Shown: piece after piece, positions 22,097-40,586 of the stretch
How positions within the stretch are numbered: position 1 is the first letter of the stretch
Layout: the number at the start of each line of letters is the position of its first letter
Assembly (NCBI GenBank): GCA_002269645.1
Contig: NIVC01002371.1
Span: forward strand, 62,001 to 126,000
Source: Macrostomum lignano
Taxonomy: Eukaryota
DNA: 64,000 bases
Reading direction: 5' to 3'
Notes under the pieces: generated by a model
Databases searched by the model: none
Seen by the model: only the letters and a program-made list of their open reading frames with translations
What the model was told of the DNA's origin: nothing
Program-made: the position numbers and the translations under genes

Positions 22097-24079
22097 AGGT
22101 CAGTGGCCACGCACAGAGTGCGTGCACAGTCACGTGCTTAGTCTGTGCTAAAAATAGAATCGCGATCTAGTCCCAGCAGTGTCCCTTATCATCGGCTATG
22201 ACTTCGAGATTGACAGCAAAAAGACACTAGTTGGCAGGTAAGTGCAAAGCCCCTTCTAGTCGGAAGCCCGTTTCGAGAGTCCCGGTGTGGTGAGCCAGGG
22301 CGCACGGGCTGGTGGCAGCAAGTTAGTTGATCTGCGGATTAGCTAATTTCTACTTTCAAAATTCTCCCTGCTCGTCTCTCGCTGTCCCTCTCCTAGCTAT
22401 AGGACCTAGACTGCTCGCCACACGATCAAGCTACCATGGGGCTGACCATCTGACAGGAGTGGGGGGGCCAGGTCTCTAATTGATTTATTTCTGAGCCTAA
22501 GGCCCGAAGGCTTCCCTAACAAGGAGCCCGAAGGTCGAAACCCATCACATAGACAAAACAGTTTATTTAACAGAAGTGACGATAAATTATATAAATACAC
22601 TAGGCAATTGAGAATATGCTCGTACATACATGTAAATATAAAATATGCCTATAACCTGGCCCTGCCTTAGAAAACTGACCCTTTAAAGAGTCAATTTAGT
22701 CTAGGAAAATCATAGTCTACGGTCGACCGTATAGCCTCTAACTCTTCCCTTTAGTCTTTCATTCAAAATGTGAATAATGATCGTCGAATTGCTAAACAAT
22801 GAAAACAACTATGCGGTACGGAATGATCGGTACGCTGTACGCAATGATCGCGGGACTTGTTTAGGCCATAGAATAATGAACGGGTCGCGGAAGGGGATCA
22901 GACCTCACCCTCCCAGGGGCACGTCGGTCCGCCCTAGATGGAGAATTCGTGGTCCGATAGCAAGGTCCCACTGTTCTAATCCCAACTACGGCCAATGAGT
23001 TTTGAAGGTAGGGACTGCTTAAAGTATAGATCTACAAATTATTACACCCTAAATACCCTTACGACCTTCTAGCAGCTTCTGTTTTGTATCCCTGCTGCCC
23101 TACATGTATTAACATTCTACTCACTAGCCTGCGCATGCTTAAAATATTAAGAAATCAAAGTAGGACAACTGGGTTATGATTTTCACCTGACAAGTAGCTC
23201 AGCTGCAGATACAACTACTATTCGGGAATGAATGATTGAATTATTGCAAGGCGGGATCGGGATCCCGATGGTCAATCCCAGGATTTTCGAATTGTAATTT
23301 AGAATTTAGGGTTGGAAGGGAACTGGGGTAGTGGGGGGAACAAAATCCCGGGATTGTATTCCCTAGTTGAGACTCTAAAAATTAGGGTTCTGTAGAATTC
23401 TCATCTATTAGCGTTGCGACTTGCTTAGTTTAGTCATCTGCATTCACTTGTCTCTGTTTACGATCTGTTTCCTCTCCTCTGTCTAGCCCAGTCTTGTTAT
23501 TCTTTATCTCTCTCCCTCGATGCCTTCTGATTGGCTCTTTAACTCGCCTCTTTCGTTCGTCGCGCACCTCCACCCCCTCCTTTTCTTATCTTCCCTGACC
23601 CCCCCTAATTGAGTTATATATTGGGCGTTTCACACACCGGAAATTTCACAAACCCGAAGTTTAAAAAAGCCATAAACCCGAGGTACAGCTCTGCCACATA
23701 TAGTCTATGGTAAAATTATAGTACTGAATGTGCTGCCCATATAGCAGGGGTAAATAAAATACTGTTAGCTCTTAGTTAGCTCGTAGTTTTTTAAAATTTG
23801 ATTAAAAAAACACGAATATTATAACTGCATGCAATCGATTAATACATGTACATTATTATTTTGGTTCCGACCATAGACAAGTAGAAGCAGCAACATCCAG
23901 ACTTTCGTAAATTATTCATACATGTATATAGAACAACTTTACCCACAAACAAAAGGCAAATCGACAGTAAACCCTGTAAACTGTCAGTCATGTCAAGTCA
24001 AGAACAATGATAAATTCTTAAGTCGGTATTAATGGTTTAGTCATAGCTATAGTACTCATGACCATGCAGGCGGGCTGCC

Positions 24080-24352
24080 TCAAGGTACGCATTTGCCCTT
24101 CCTCGATGACGGTCTCGACCGTTTGCACTTCTCCGAGCAACAGCTGTAGTCGGTATCGCACATACGGCCATTATAGATGCAGTAATGCCGACAAGCGCGC
24201 GATCCAAAACCTGCTTTGGCGGGTGAGTAGTAGGGGATATCAGTGAGAAAAATTTGCGCAATAGTTTATATAAATTACAAACACATCTAAGATTTCTAAC
24301 TAAACTTACCAAAGACCATGACAATGGCTAACAGCATTATGAAGTACTTCAT
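24080..24352 (-). CDS. Secreted knottin/ICK (conotoxin-like) peptide, paralog B, 57 aa
   Basis: Exon 1 24352-24310; exon 2 24210-24080; intron position and phase match paralog A. Product: MKYFIMLLAIVMVFGFGSRACRHYCIYNGRMCDTDYSCCSEKCKRSRPSSRKGKCVP. Confidence 0.85.
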
Positions 24353-25708
24353 CGCGAAGAAGAATGGCTGCTTGCTGATTTATTGCTCTGTTATAGATAG
24401 CGAAATCTGTCCAAAGTAGCGCTGAGCAGAGAAATGTTTCAGTAAATTCCAAACTTATATAGCCTCCGTGTAGCGAAAACCCAGATCAGAACTTGGTGTT
24501 GATTTGTCTATGGCCCCCGCCTAAAATGCGACTGCCGCTTCCTTAGTTAAATCACCCTACACGTACTTCTTTCAAGTTAGCAGCCAATCGGGAAGTCGGA
24601 TTAATCTTTATTTTGCAAGCTGCGTCGTCTATGGCCGGGTTAAGTCAGTTCAGGATTAAATACATGTGTGTACATACGATTAGTTCAACTACTCTATAGT
24701 TTTAGTCTATGGGTGAAATAGCGAATTTTTATCAGATAGATACCGCGTACATTCATGCTGTCCCAATTATTGAATTTAAAATTATTTAGAATAAAAAACT
24801 CTAATCAAAGTTACAAGCCCCGTGCAGCTTTAATATTCCCTAATGTATATTTCTCCAACTTGTTTTACTGCAAATATTCAACGCCATTTACAGTACACTG
24901 ATGAATGTCGATCTTAGGATTGTCATGTCAGTCCTAATTTGTCATATAGTTTGTCATCTACTGTTTGTCTGCATTTAAAAAAATTACATTGACATTCATT
25001 GCCAATAACACTGACAATACAAAAATCATACATACAGTGACTTTTTATTTTGTTCTTCTTTGAATCAATTGTATTCAAAATGCAAAATACAGTGTACTCG
25101 ATCTAACAGACAAATTTGTGTAGGTACATGTATTAATTCCATTTCGATGCATAAAGTTCCTACACACGTTCCTAAGTTCCTATATATATATTCATAGTTA
25201 CTGCATATAACTTTATGGTCTCCAAAAAATGACACGACTTTTTGCGTTTTACGTCCTACTTGTGGTCCTTTATGCAGTATACATGTACAAGAAATTCGAA
25301 CTTATATTATTAGTACATGCATATAATTACATTAGGGCCAAGAATCCCGTAGGATAAACCACTAATGCTTACAAGCTTTATGTAACATTTTCAAGACAAT
25401 TGAAAAAATGAAGTCATGGCTTAAACTCATAGCTTAAATAAAAGAGAAAAGATTGCGGACTATAATTGTAAATTTTTTATACAGTATAACAAAACGTTTG
25501 TCACAGTTTGAAAACTATGATTGAAAACATGAAGAAACTTAATGCTCATGGTGATTTTTTAAAGTTTAGTTTAAAGTTAATCAAAAAATTCTTATTATTA
25601 CGTTTGTATTCCATAACAATGTTTGCAAATTTGAATACGTCAGAACTCTTTTTTCTTTTATACTTAAAAGGCAAATTGGATTACCACTGAACGAAGAAAC
25701 GCTTAAAC

Positions 25709-26589
25709 ATGGACGCTAAATCAAGTGAGTATTGCGCTTTGCGATATATTATCGTTTAGACTATTATCCGAAAGAGTTTGTTTAACGTTGATACTACTCT
25801 ATGTGAATGTACTGGCACTGGGCTTGGTCGCTGGAACTGTGCTCTCGAAATGAGCCATTTTTGAAACCTTATTTTGCAATGAATGTAAGAATGAAACCAA
25901 TCTGTGATTTTTATAGTCCTAACACCAAGCTCGTATTGCTGTGGCGTGGACGAATAACAAGTGCCTTGAATTTACTTGTTGATCTTAAATGTAGGCCAAA
26001 AATTTTCTGAAAAAAAATCAAAAGTTTTTCTTATTTTTTTCATATTTTCTTAACATTTTATTTAATGTTTTTAAGAAAAAGTACTGGAGTTTAAGGTAGC
26101 AATATTCAAGCTGTAAATATTTTATAGCTTTGTTATTTTCAATTTTAGCTTACAACATTTTTAGTATATGGATATTATTCTGAAGCTGATGAATGATGTA
26201 ACAAAATAAAAATTACTAACTTTTTAGACACAGATTCAACAGCGGAACCTGCTGCTGCCCCCGCACCAGCCGTCACTGGAGACCCAGCCGATGCCAGTCA
26301 AGATCAGCCCATGCCAGCAGCTGAGCAACAGCAGCAGCCACCCACAGTGCCTGAAGGCCTAGCTCGAATGTCAGATGCTGAACATGCTGATGCTGCTGCA
26401 AGTGCTTCAGCCAAGAAGCCTAGAGTTGCAGTTCAAGCCCTGCCAACCCGAGCCTACCTGGACCAGACAGTGGTCCCTGTGCTGCTGCAGGGCCTGGCAG
26501 TGCTATCCAAGGAGCGACCACCAAATCCAATTGAATATTTGGCTGCTTTTTTGCTCAAGAATAAGGATCAGTACTCCGCAGACAAGTGA
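25709..26589 (+). CDS. DPY30: Protein dpy-30 homolog (COMPASS subunit)
   Basis: C-terminal [42 protein letters not shown] is the DPY-30 motif. Exons 25709-25724 (MDAKS, GTGAGT donor) and 26228-26589 are phase-compatible. Confidence 0.93.
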
Positions 26590-27473
26590 ACTCAGCTGGA
26601 TTTTGCTGAATTCTTTGTTACATTGATGGGCATCACTCTGGTTGACTGGTGGGGAATAGGTCTTGAATGATAATTAAATAAAACCAATTAAAATCTCTGC
26701 CTTTAATTGCATGGCTAAACATTCTAATAAGTTGCTTTTTAAAAGTAAATAACTGACTGACGGACTATTTTTCTAATTCAAAACTTACATACATGCAGTT
26801 TATTTTGTACCACAATAAAAAAAATTAACTGTTTCTTTTTGAAAAGTAATTTGTCAAATTAAATAAATTTACTTGTTTCTTAGTTATTAATTAATTTAAA
26901 ACTATAAATTTAATGAACCACTATTAAATCTTATAAAGTTAGTTCTACTAAATTTTTATGTTTGTGTAAGAAAAACGAAAAAATTATTTATACCTCCAAT
27001 CAGATTATTTTTTAATATTCTAACAACTTGAGAACAACCTATAATTTGCATACTGTACTCATTTTAAGTGCAAAAATATAACAGAAGCTTACTAAAGTGC
27101 AGCAGTCTATATTATTTTTAAAGAAATGCGAAGCTTGAGTTTGGAATTAAAACGACTAGGTCTGCAAAATTTAACTAGATTTATAAAATTTAAAGATAAT
27201 AAATCGATGTATAAAATAAAGTTCTGTTTTTAGAATGATTTTAAAGAAATTAGAAATTCTTCAAATCTCGGTACATATTGCGTTGCCTACAACTGTTTAA
27301 ACTAAGCAAAACAATAAAAGCATAAAGCTTAGAAGAGATTTAACATTGCAAGAATGAATTCAGCATTGATTGCATAATTTGGATGAAAAATATAAAAAGT
27401 GATGAACTACTTGAACAGCTTTCATTAAAAAGCATTAGAGGGTATAAATTGAAATTGTGCCACTAAAGTCACT

Positions 27474-27627
27474 CACCCCTGCTGAAATCACTCAGCCTCT
27501 GAGGTCACTCAGCCCCTGAAGTTACTCAGCCCCTGAAGTCACTCGATCAGCCCCTTAAGTCACTCGATCAGCCCCTGAACCTGAAATCCCTCAGCCCTTG
27601 CTGAAGTCACTCAGCCTCTGAAGTCAC

Positions 27628-27640
<13 letters not shown>
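27474..27640. repeat. Short tandem repeat, ~17-bp GTCACTCAGCCCCTGAA units
   Basis: About 8 degenerate units immediately downstream of the LRRC73-like stop codon. Confidence 0.8.
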
Positions 27641-33998
<6,358 letters not shown>

Positions 33999-36499
33999 CT
34001 GAAATAACAAATTGTTTTCATTTTGTACATTTGCTTGCTCTTAGTAGGGGGTTAATAAGAATTTGTAGACTAAGTACCTCGAGAAAATATATTTCTTACA
34101 ATGTAATAGCCTAAAGTGCACAAATATGGTGCAAGGTACTACAAAATAAGTATTCAAATCTAGACTTTCAAACTATTATGATAAAATATAAAGTATTATT
34201 CTTTGCATTTAAGTTGCTAAAATATGGATATAGTAAAAATTTTTACACCTTCAGCACCTTTTTAAGCAAGAAATTTTAGATTTTTATATATTCATAAAAT
34301 TTATATCTAATATACTGGTATATATTTTTTTAAACAATAAAGCTACAGTTACTTAGGCACACTATACCTCAAAGAAGTATCTTAATTGATTTTTATTAGC
34401 ACCCTAAATAAGCTTAATGAGATTATCATTGCAAATTTATTCTTTTAAAAACATTTTAGTTTCTTTGTAATTTTTGTGGCTCTGTATACATACTTTTATA
34501 TAAATGACATACATACAAATACTAACATATGAAACTATTTAAAATGCTGAAGAATAATATTCTATCGTGTATATAGTTGTAAAATATTTGGTACGTTAGG
34601 AACTATTATACATCAAGGTTAAGGTTAGTAAACGTAGAGTTAAAAAACGAATGTGAATGTCTAATAACAGTGGTGGGAGCCGGAGGAAGACGAAATGACT
34701 AATAGAAATATAGCTTTTAATATAAGGAGAAATGTTTAACAAGGGTAGATAAAACTATACACGAAACATTGAATGGTGACAGTTTCTTCTTTTATGGCAT
34801 AGAATTTAGTTAATAGACGAATACTACGTTTATAGACATTCTGATTTCTAACCTGGTTAATAATAATCAAGCAGGTTAGATCAAGTTGTTTTCTTATGAA
34901 AACATTCATTTAAAAATGTAACATTGCAAAAGGTATAACAAATGTTTTTTGCATTTTTAATTTTAAAATTTACTAAAGCAGAACATTTACCTTCTTAATC
35001 TACTTCCATTTTTTGCTTTAAATTTTTTCACTATTTATTGAGTTCTTGACACCTGTTGGCGTGTTGCCACTTGCCTCCTGTTTGTGAAAGACAACTTAGC
35101 AAGATAGTATAAAATAGAATCTGGAAAACGGCCTTAGACTCTAGAGCTAGAGCAAAAGTCCTTTTGCTAATAACGACCTAGTTTCAGCGAAGTGGGTTTC
35201 GGTGAAGCATTTTTTGGCAAAACAACCTGTTAGTTTTTAATATATTTTTTGGTAATATAGCCTCTATTATATTATAGGCCCAAGGCCCTATTTGTGTAGA
35301 TAACTTGCAATTTCAAAATGAGAAAAAATGTAGGCAGGCACCCTATATTATTCTATTATAATAATTTAACAGTATTGCTCTGTTTTTTTAATAAGTATAA
35401 TACAACTATGGAAAATAAGTTTCTAATCTATCAAATCAAACAGTAAGTAACATGATTCTAACTTAAGAAGATTCCTAGGGGCCTATTGCTTTAAAATTTA
35501 ACCTTATATTATAATAAAGATTCAAGATGTATGCTAACCAGGTATAAACTTATTTAAAATATAATAATGTTTTTAAAATTTAGGATTTTTGTTTGGCAAG
35601 AATTAATCTTTGGCTAGCTAACTAGCTTGCCATATATAGAATAGTAGGCAATATTTGTCTATAACATGGTGATATGAATCATGATAGAGAACTTTAGCTT
35701 TTGGCATTTGCTTAGGCCTATTTATATCCTTTGGGTTCTTTAACTCCTTTAAAAATCATTTGCACACACTTTCTATTTTTTTATTGCTTTATTTCCTCAC
35801 CTTTATTTTCTTATCTTAGGCCTATTTATCTATCAGTATTGGCCTATTATCTCATTTTCTTTTCTTTTTTTCTTTGACTTTAGTTTTTACTTCCATTTTC
35901 TCTCTTATCTTTTCTTATATCTTTTTTTCTTCTCTTTTCTCTTCTTTTTTCTCTTTGCTCTTTCCCTTTTCATCTCTTTTTTCTTAGAGTTTTTGACCAA
36001 AAGTGCTACTTAGGCCTATCTAAAAAGTAAACCAAAGCAAAAATTAATGTAATTTTAATTTTGGGTAAATAAAGGTAATATTTATGACTATACAAGCTGT
36101 TGAAACCTGTAGATTTTGAATTAGGGGAATTCCAATCCCCAGAAATGTTTTTGCACATATTCTTAAATCTGAGGCAAACAAAAACTTGTTAATAGTTATA
36201 ATAAGATAGAGGTCAATATAAAATGGAGTACATCTGTGTATAATTAAGATTTGAACCAAACATTTGATATTGTTAGCTAGGGTGTTGCGTAGAATATCAG
36301 GTAATGTCTGTCTGACTCTAAAAATATATTTTGGCAAACTCTGGCCTCTGTGCTCTGATTGTCCCTACATTCCTTGGATCCTTTGAAACTTATATCTTCT
36401 CTCATACATGCCCAACCTCAAAATTTCACCTGTCCAATGTGACTTAGTTCCTCTTGATTGCAACTTAGTTCCCCTGATTGCAACTTAATATTCCATTTG

Positions 36500-37082
36500 T
36501 ATATGAATTTTTTTGCCCTTTTCTCTTTTCTTTTCTTTTTCTTTCTCTCTCCTCTTTCCCTCTCTCTTCTCCCTCCTTTCTTTTTCTTTTTCTTCTCCTT
36601 TCTTTCTTACAATTTTTCCTTTTTTGCATTTTTAATTTTGCGACTTACCTTGGCTGGCGGCTATTTTACCTGTCCAGTTCAAATGGGTCAGATGGGTATT
36701 GGGCATATATGTATTCTCTTCTGTTTCCTCTCTTCTCTCATCCCTTGTTTCTCCTTTCTTTTCTTTCTTCTCTCATCTTTTCTTTTTTTCTTCTTTCCTA
36801 TTTTCTCTTGTATCTTCCCTCATCTCTCTTCTCTTTTATCTCTCTTATCTTATCTCTTCTCTTCTTTTTCTCTCCTCTTCTCTCTACTCTTTTCTCTCTT
36901 CTGTCTTTCCCTCTTCTCTCATTTCTTCTTTCTCCTCTCTATTCTTTTCTCTCTCTCCTCTCTCTCATCTACTCTCTCATCTCTCCTTTCTCCTCTATTA
37001 TGTCTTCTAATTTCTCTCTGCTCTCTACTCTCTTCTCTCCCCTTTTTCTCATTCCTCACTCTCCTCTTTCTCAACATTTCCC

Positions 37083-37180
<98 letters not shown>

Positions 37181-37800
37181 TTTCTCTCTTCTCCATTCTC
37201 CTCTTTCCTCTCTTCTCTCCTCACTAACTTCTCTCTCCCTTTGTCTCACCTCTCATCTCTTATTTCTTATCTCTCCTCTTTTCTCTCCACTCCCATCTCT
37301 CATCTGTTCACTCTCGTTTCTGTTCTCTCATCTCACCTCTCTCATCTGTCATCTTTACTCTCTTATACTTGTATGTTCTCTCTCTCTACCTCATCTCTAT
37401 CTTCTCTTTTCTTTCTAAACTCTCTCTCTTATCTCTATCTCCTCTTTTCTTTCTCAACTCTCTCTCATCTCCATCTCCTCTCTTCTCACTCCTCTCTCTC
37501 CCCACTCTCCCCCCCCTCTTATCTCCTCTCTTCTCTATCCTTTCTAATCTCCTCTCAATCCTCATTTATCTCCTCTCTGCTCTCTCATCTCTATTCTCTT
37601 CTCACTTTTATCTACTCTTATCTCTCATTGATCCTCTGTCTCATCTCTCCCCTCTTCTCTCTCCCTCTTCTCACCCCTACTCTTTTCTCTCTCTCCTCTC
37701 GCTTCTTCCTCTCCCATTATCTGCTCTTTCCTCACCCCCTCATCTCTCCTTTTATCTTCTATCTTTTCTCTTATCCTGCTCTCACCTCTCCTCTCTTCTA
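36500..37800. repeat. Polypyrimidine (CT-rich) low-complexity tract including (CT)n
   Basis: Read directly; the long Leu/Ser/Phe ORFs here are artefacts. Confidence 0.95.
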
Positions 37801-37809
37801 ACAGTTCAT

Positions 37810-38110
37810 ATATCTTCTAGGTTGCGCCCAAGCATGCTATTCCTTCTTTTCCACTCTGATCTGGCCCACAGCCATGAGCTGGATTCTTTATCTGGCCTTT
37901 GAGGTTAAAGTCTACCAATCCCTGCTTCAAAAGCCAGTTTGTGAGATGTAGTACTCTTATGGTTGTTATCATTTCTCATGCTTTAATCACGTCATCTTTC
38001 TGGCCAATTAGTAGCCCTAAGAGGAGTTTGTGTATCTCCAGCTCTACCACAGTTTGCAGCAGTCTAACAACCAAGGAAATACAGTTTGCATTTCTTAAGG
38101 AGGCCATTTA
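37810..38110. mobile_element. Degenerate interspersed repeat, second copy at ~40200-40430 (possibly LINE-derived)
   Basis: Shared blocks CAGCCATGAGCTGGATTCTTTA, AAAGCCAGTTTGTG and CATCTTTCTGGCCAATT occur at both sites; the family is not identified. Confidence 0.5.
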
Positions 38111-38229
38111 AATTTTGAGGTACCTTTATGTAAAACTTAATGTTAAAATTTTCATGGTATAACTAATCTAGTAGGATTGCATTGCAATCAGTTATTCATT
38201 TAGTCTTCACTATTATTTTTACAAACCAT

Positions 38230-39025
38230 CCCGCATTGCCTTAGTTTGCCATCCATTGTTAAACTGCTGTAGGCTTTTCTATACAGAGGACAGTGATTTG
38301 AATCTCTTGCTTAACTGTCATGGCTAAACGTAGCCTTTCCACGCGTGGGGGTGCAGAGAAGGCTATTAAGCCTCTCTTAATACATCAAACAATGCACAAA
38401 CAATAGAAAAAGCAGACAAACTTCACATGCTTACAGTTTCTGTTCCAGTTGAGTTACAGAGTTAAAACTTTACATTTAGACAGAGAATGAGTCAATGAAT
38501 AATTGTATCAAGTTTGAAGTCAATTGCTTCATGTGGAACAAACTTATGGCAGCCAAAAAATTAGTTAATTTTGAAACCCCTTTTACATATCTGGGTCCAG
38601 ATCGGGAAAGAGAGGCAGGTGGGCGAAGGTTGGGGTGACTGTCTCACTGACAAAGAACAGCCTAAATTTAAAAGTGCACAGTGCCATTCAGGATTAACTT
38701 TGAAACTCGAAATTTTACACAATTGTGTCAAAATAATTGAAGATTGTCTGTGTCAAATTTGAAAAGAATCAGTAGAAGTGAAGCGGCGCTATGGAGGATT
38801 AAGTGAAAAATGGTGCATTTTGAGCAGTTTGTTGCACTTTTCGGTAGGAAGACTTGGATTTAAGAAATTTAAAGGTAGCCTAAGACATTCTCCATAGTGA
38901 GTTTAGGGTGCGTGTAAAAATTGGTGTCATTTGGTTGAGTGGTTTGGGAGTCCATAGCAATCAAAATTGTACACAGACAGACAGATTCATACACAGACAG
39001 AGTTTACATTTTTATAGGTAGAGAT
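38230..39025. mobile_element. Possible non-autonomous Helitron/DINE-like element
   Basis: An internal (CAGA)n microsatellite followed by TTTTATAGGTAGAGAT resembles DINE-type ends; support is weak. Confidence 0.3.
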
Positions 39026-40586
39026 TATTATTAGTAAGCCTACTATTAATTAGTACTACATCTATATATTTTTGGATAGGCCTAGGCATTATTGCAATTT
39101 ATTTTAGCTAGACCCTTTGCTAGCTAGCCAGATTTGCTAGATATGTATGTTTTTAGTATTTATTCACCTCTTTTCTCTTTTCTAATCTCTTTCCACTCTT
39201 TTTTCTCTTTTCCTTATTCTTTTCTTTGCCGTTATTTCTCTCTTTTCTCTCTGCTTTTTTATCTTTGTTCTCTTTTATTTACTTTCTACTATCTCTTCTC
39301 TCTTCTCTCCTTTCCTATGCTTAGACACAACCTAGGGATTCACCTGGCCATTTCTTTTGGTAACACACACACACATGTAAGTCTTAGCTGCAGGGCTGTC
39401 CCAGAGGGGACACAGCGGGAAGGCGCGGGCGCCCATTCCGCTACACATGTAAGTCACTATTGGACAGAATAGTCACCTGACTATTCTCAGCTAATAGCAA
39501 CTTACACATTTATGATATTCTTTCCTTCTTTCCTCTCTTCTTTCCCCTCTCCTCATTCCCCTCTTCTATCCCCTTGTATCTCCTCTCCTTTCTCCCCTCT
39601 TTTCTTTCTCTCTCCTCATTACCTCTTGCCTCTACTCTACTGGCGGTACAGTATCTCTGGCTAGGGGGGGGGGGCAGTAGTTAGGTGGTAACCCCCTTCC
39701 CTATCAATCATAACTAAACAAATAAAAACATTTGAATTAGAACACAAATTTTCTAAGAAAGTAAAAAATTACAAACAAATTATGACTAACTTTTTACAAA
39801 ACAAAAGTACAACATAAAAATTCTTATAAAAGTGCATTTTTAATCATTGATGCAAGTTGCATAGCAATGGTGACCATCTGCCCTCCCTTCTTAAATATAC
39901 TTTCTGAAATACACCCTTTAAAATGTTGATAAAAATAAAACCCCCAAAATAAAAAATAAATAACAAAAATTTTAATATTTAGGAAAAATTGATTTAATTT
40001 ATTTTCAAAAAATCATGATGCAAAAGGAAAAATTTTTTATAGGGTCTTTTCAAGGGCCGTGGGAATGGTGGAGTGGTCACCCCCTTGAGGCAGTGACCTG
40101 TGGTCACCCAGGGCAGCTGCCCCCCTGCTCCCCCCCCCTTGCGCTGCCACTGCTCTACTCTCTTTTCTAATTGTCTACTTCTTCTCCTTTGACCTTTCCC
40201 CACTCTTATTTGACCTACAGCCATGAGCTGGATTCTTTACCTGGACCTTGAGGTAAAAATCGACCAACTCCTGCTTTGAAAGCCAGTTTGTGGGGCAGTA
40301 CTCTCATGTTTTTTTTATTTTATTGGCTGTTTGCTAACTACTTGGTTAACATCATCTTTCTGGCCAATTTGCAGCCCTAATAGGAAATTTTGTATCTCAC
40401 AGCTCCATTGGAGCAGTCTAACAATCTGCAAACAACCAGCAAAACATAACATCTTATTACATGTATGTATATTGCTTTAAAAACAATTTTTTGTGGTTCA
40501 GCTTGAGACAGACTTGCATGTATAACAATGCTCATTGTCACATTGAACACATTGAAACAATTGAATGCATGATCTCAAAGCAAACA

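Noticed and set aside
22490-22555. Hammerhead-like GCCCGAAGGTCGAAAC
   Set aside because: The CTGANGA catalytic core is absent.
36458-37902. Long hydrophobic Leu/Ser/Phe ORFs resembling membrane proteins
   Set aside because: Translation of a CT-rich tract.
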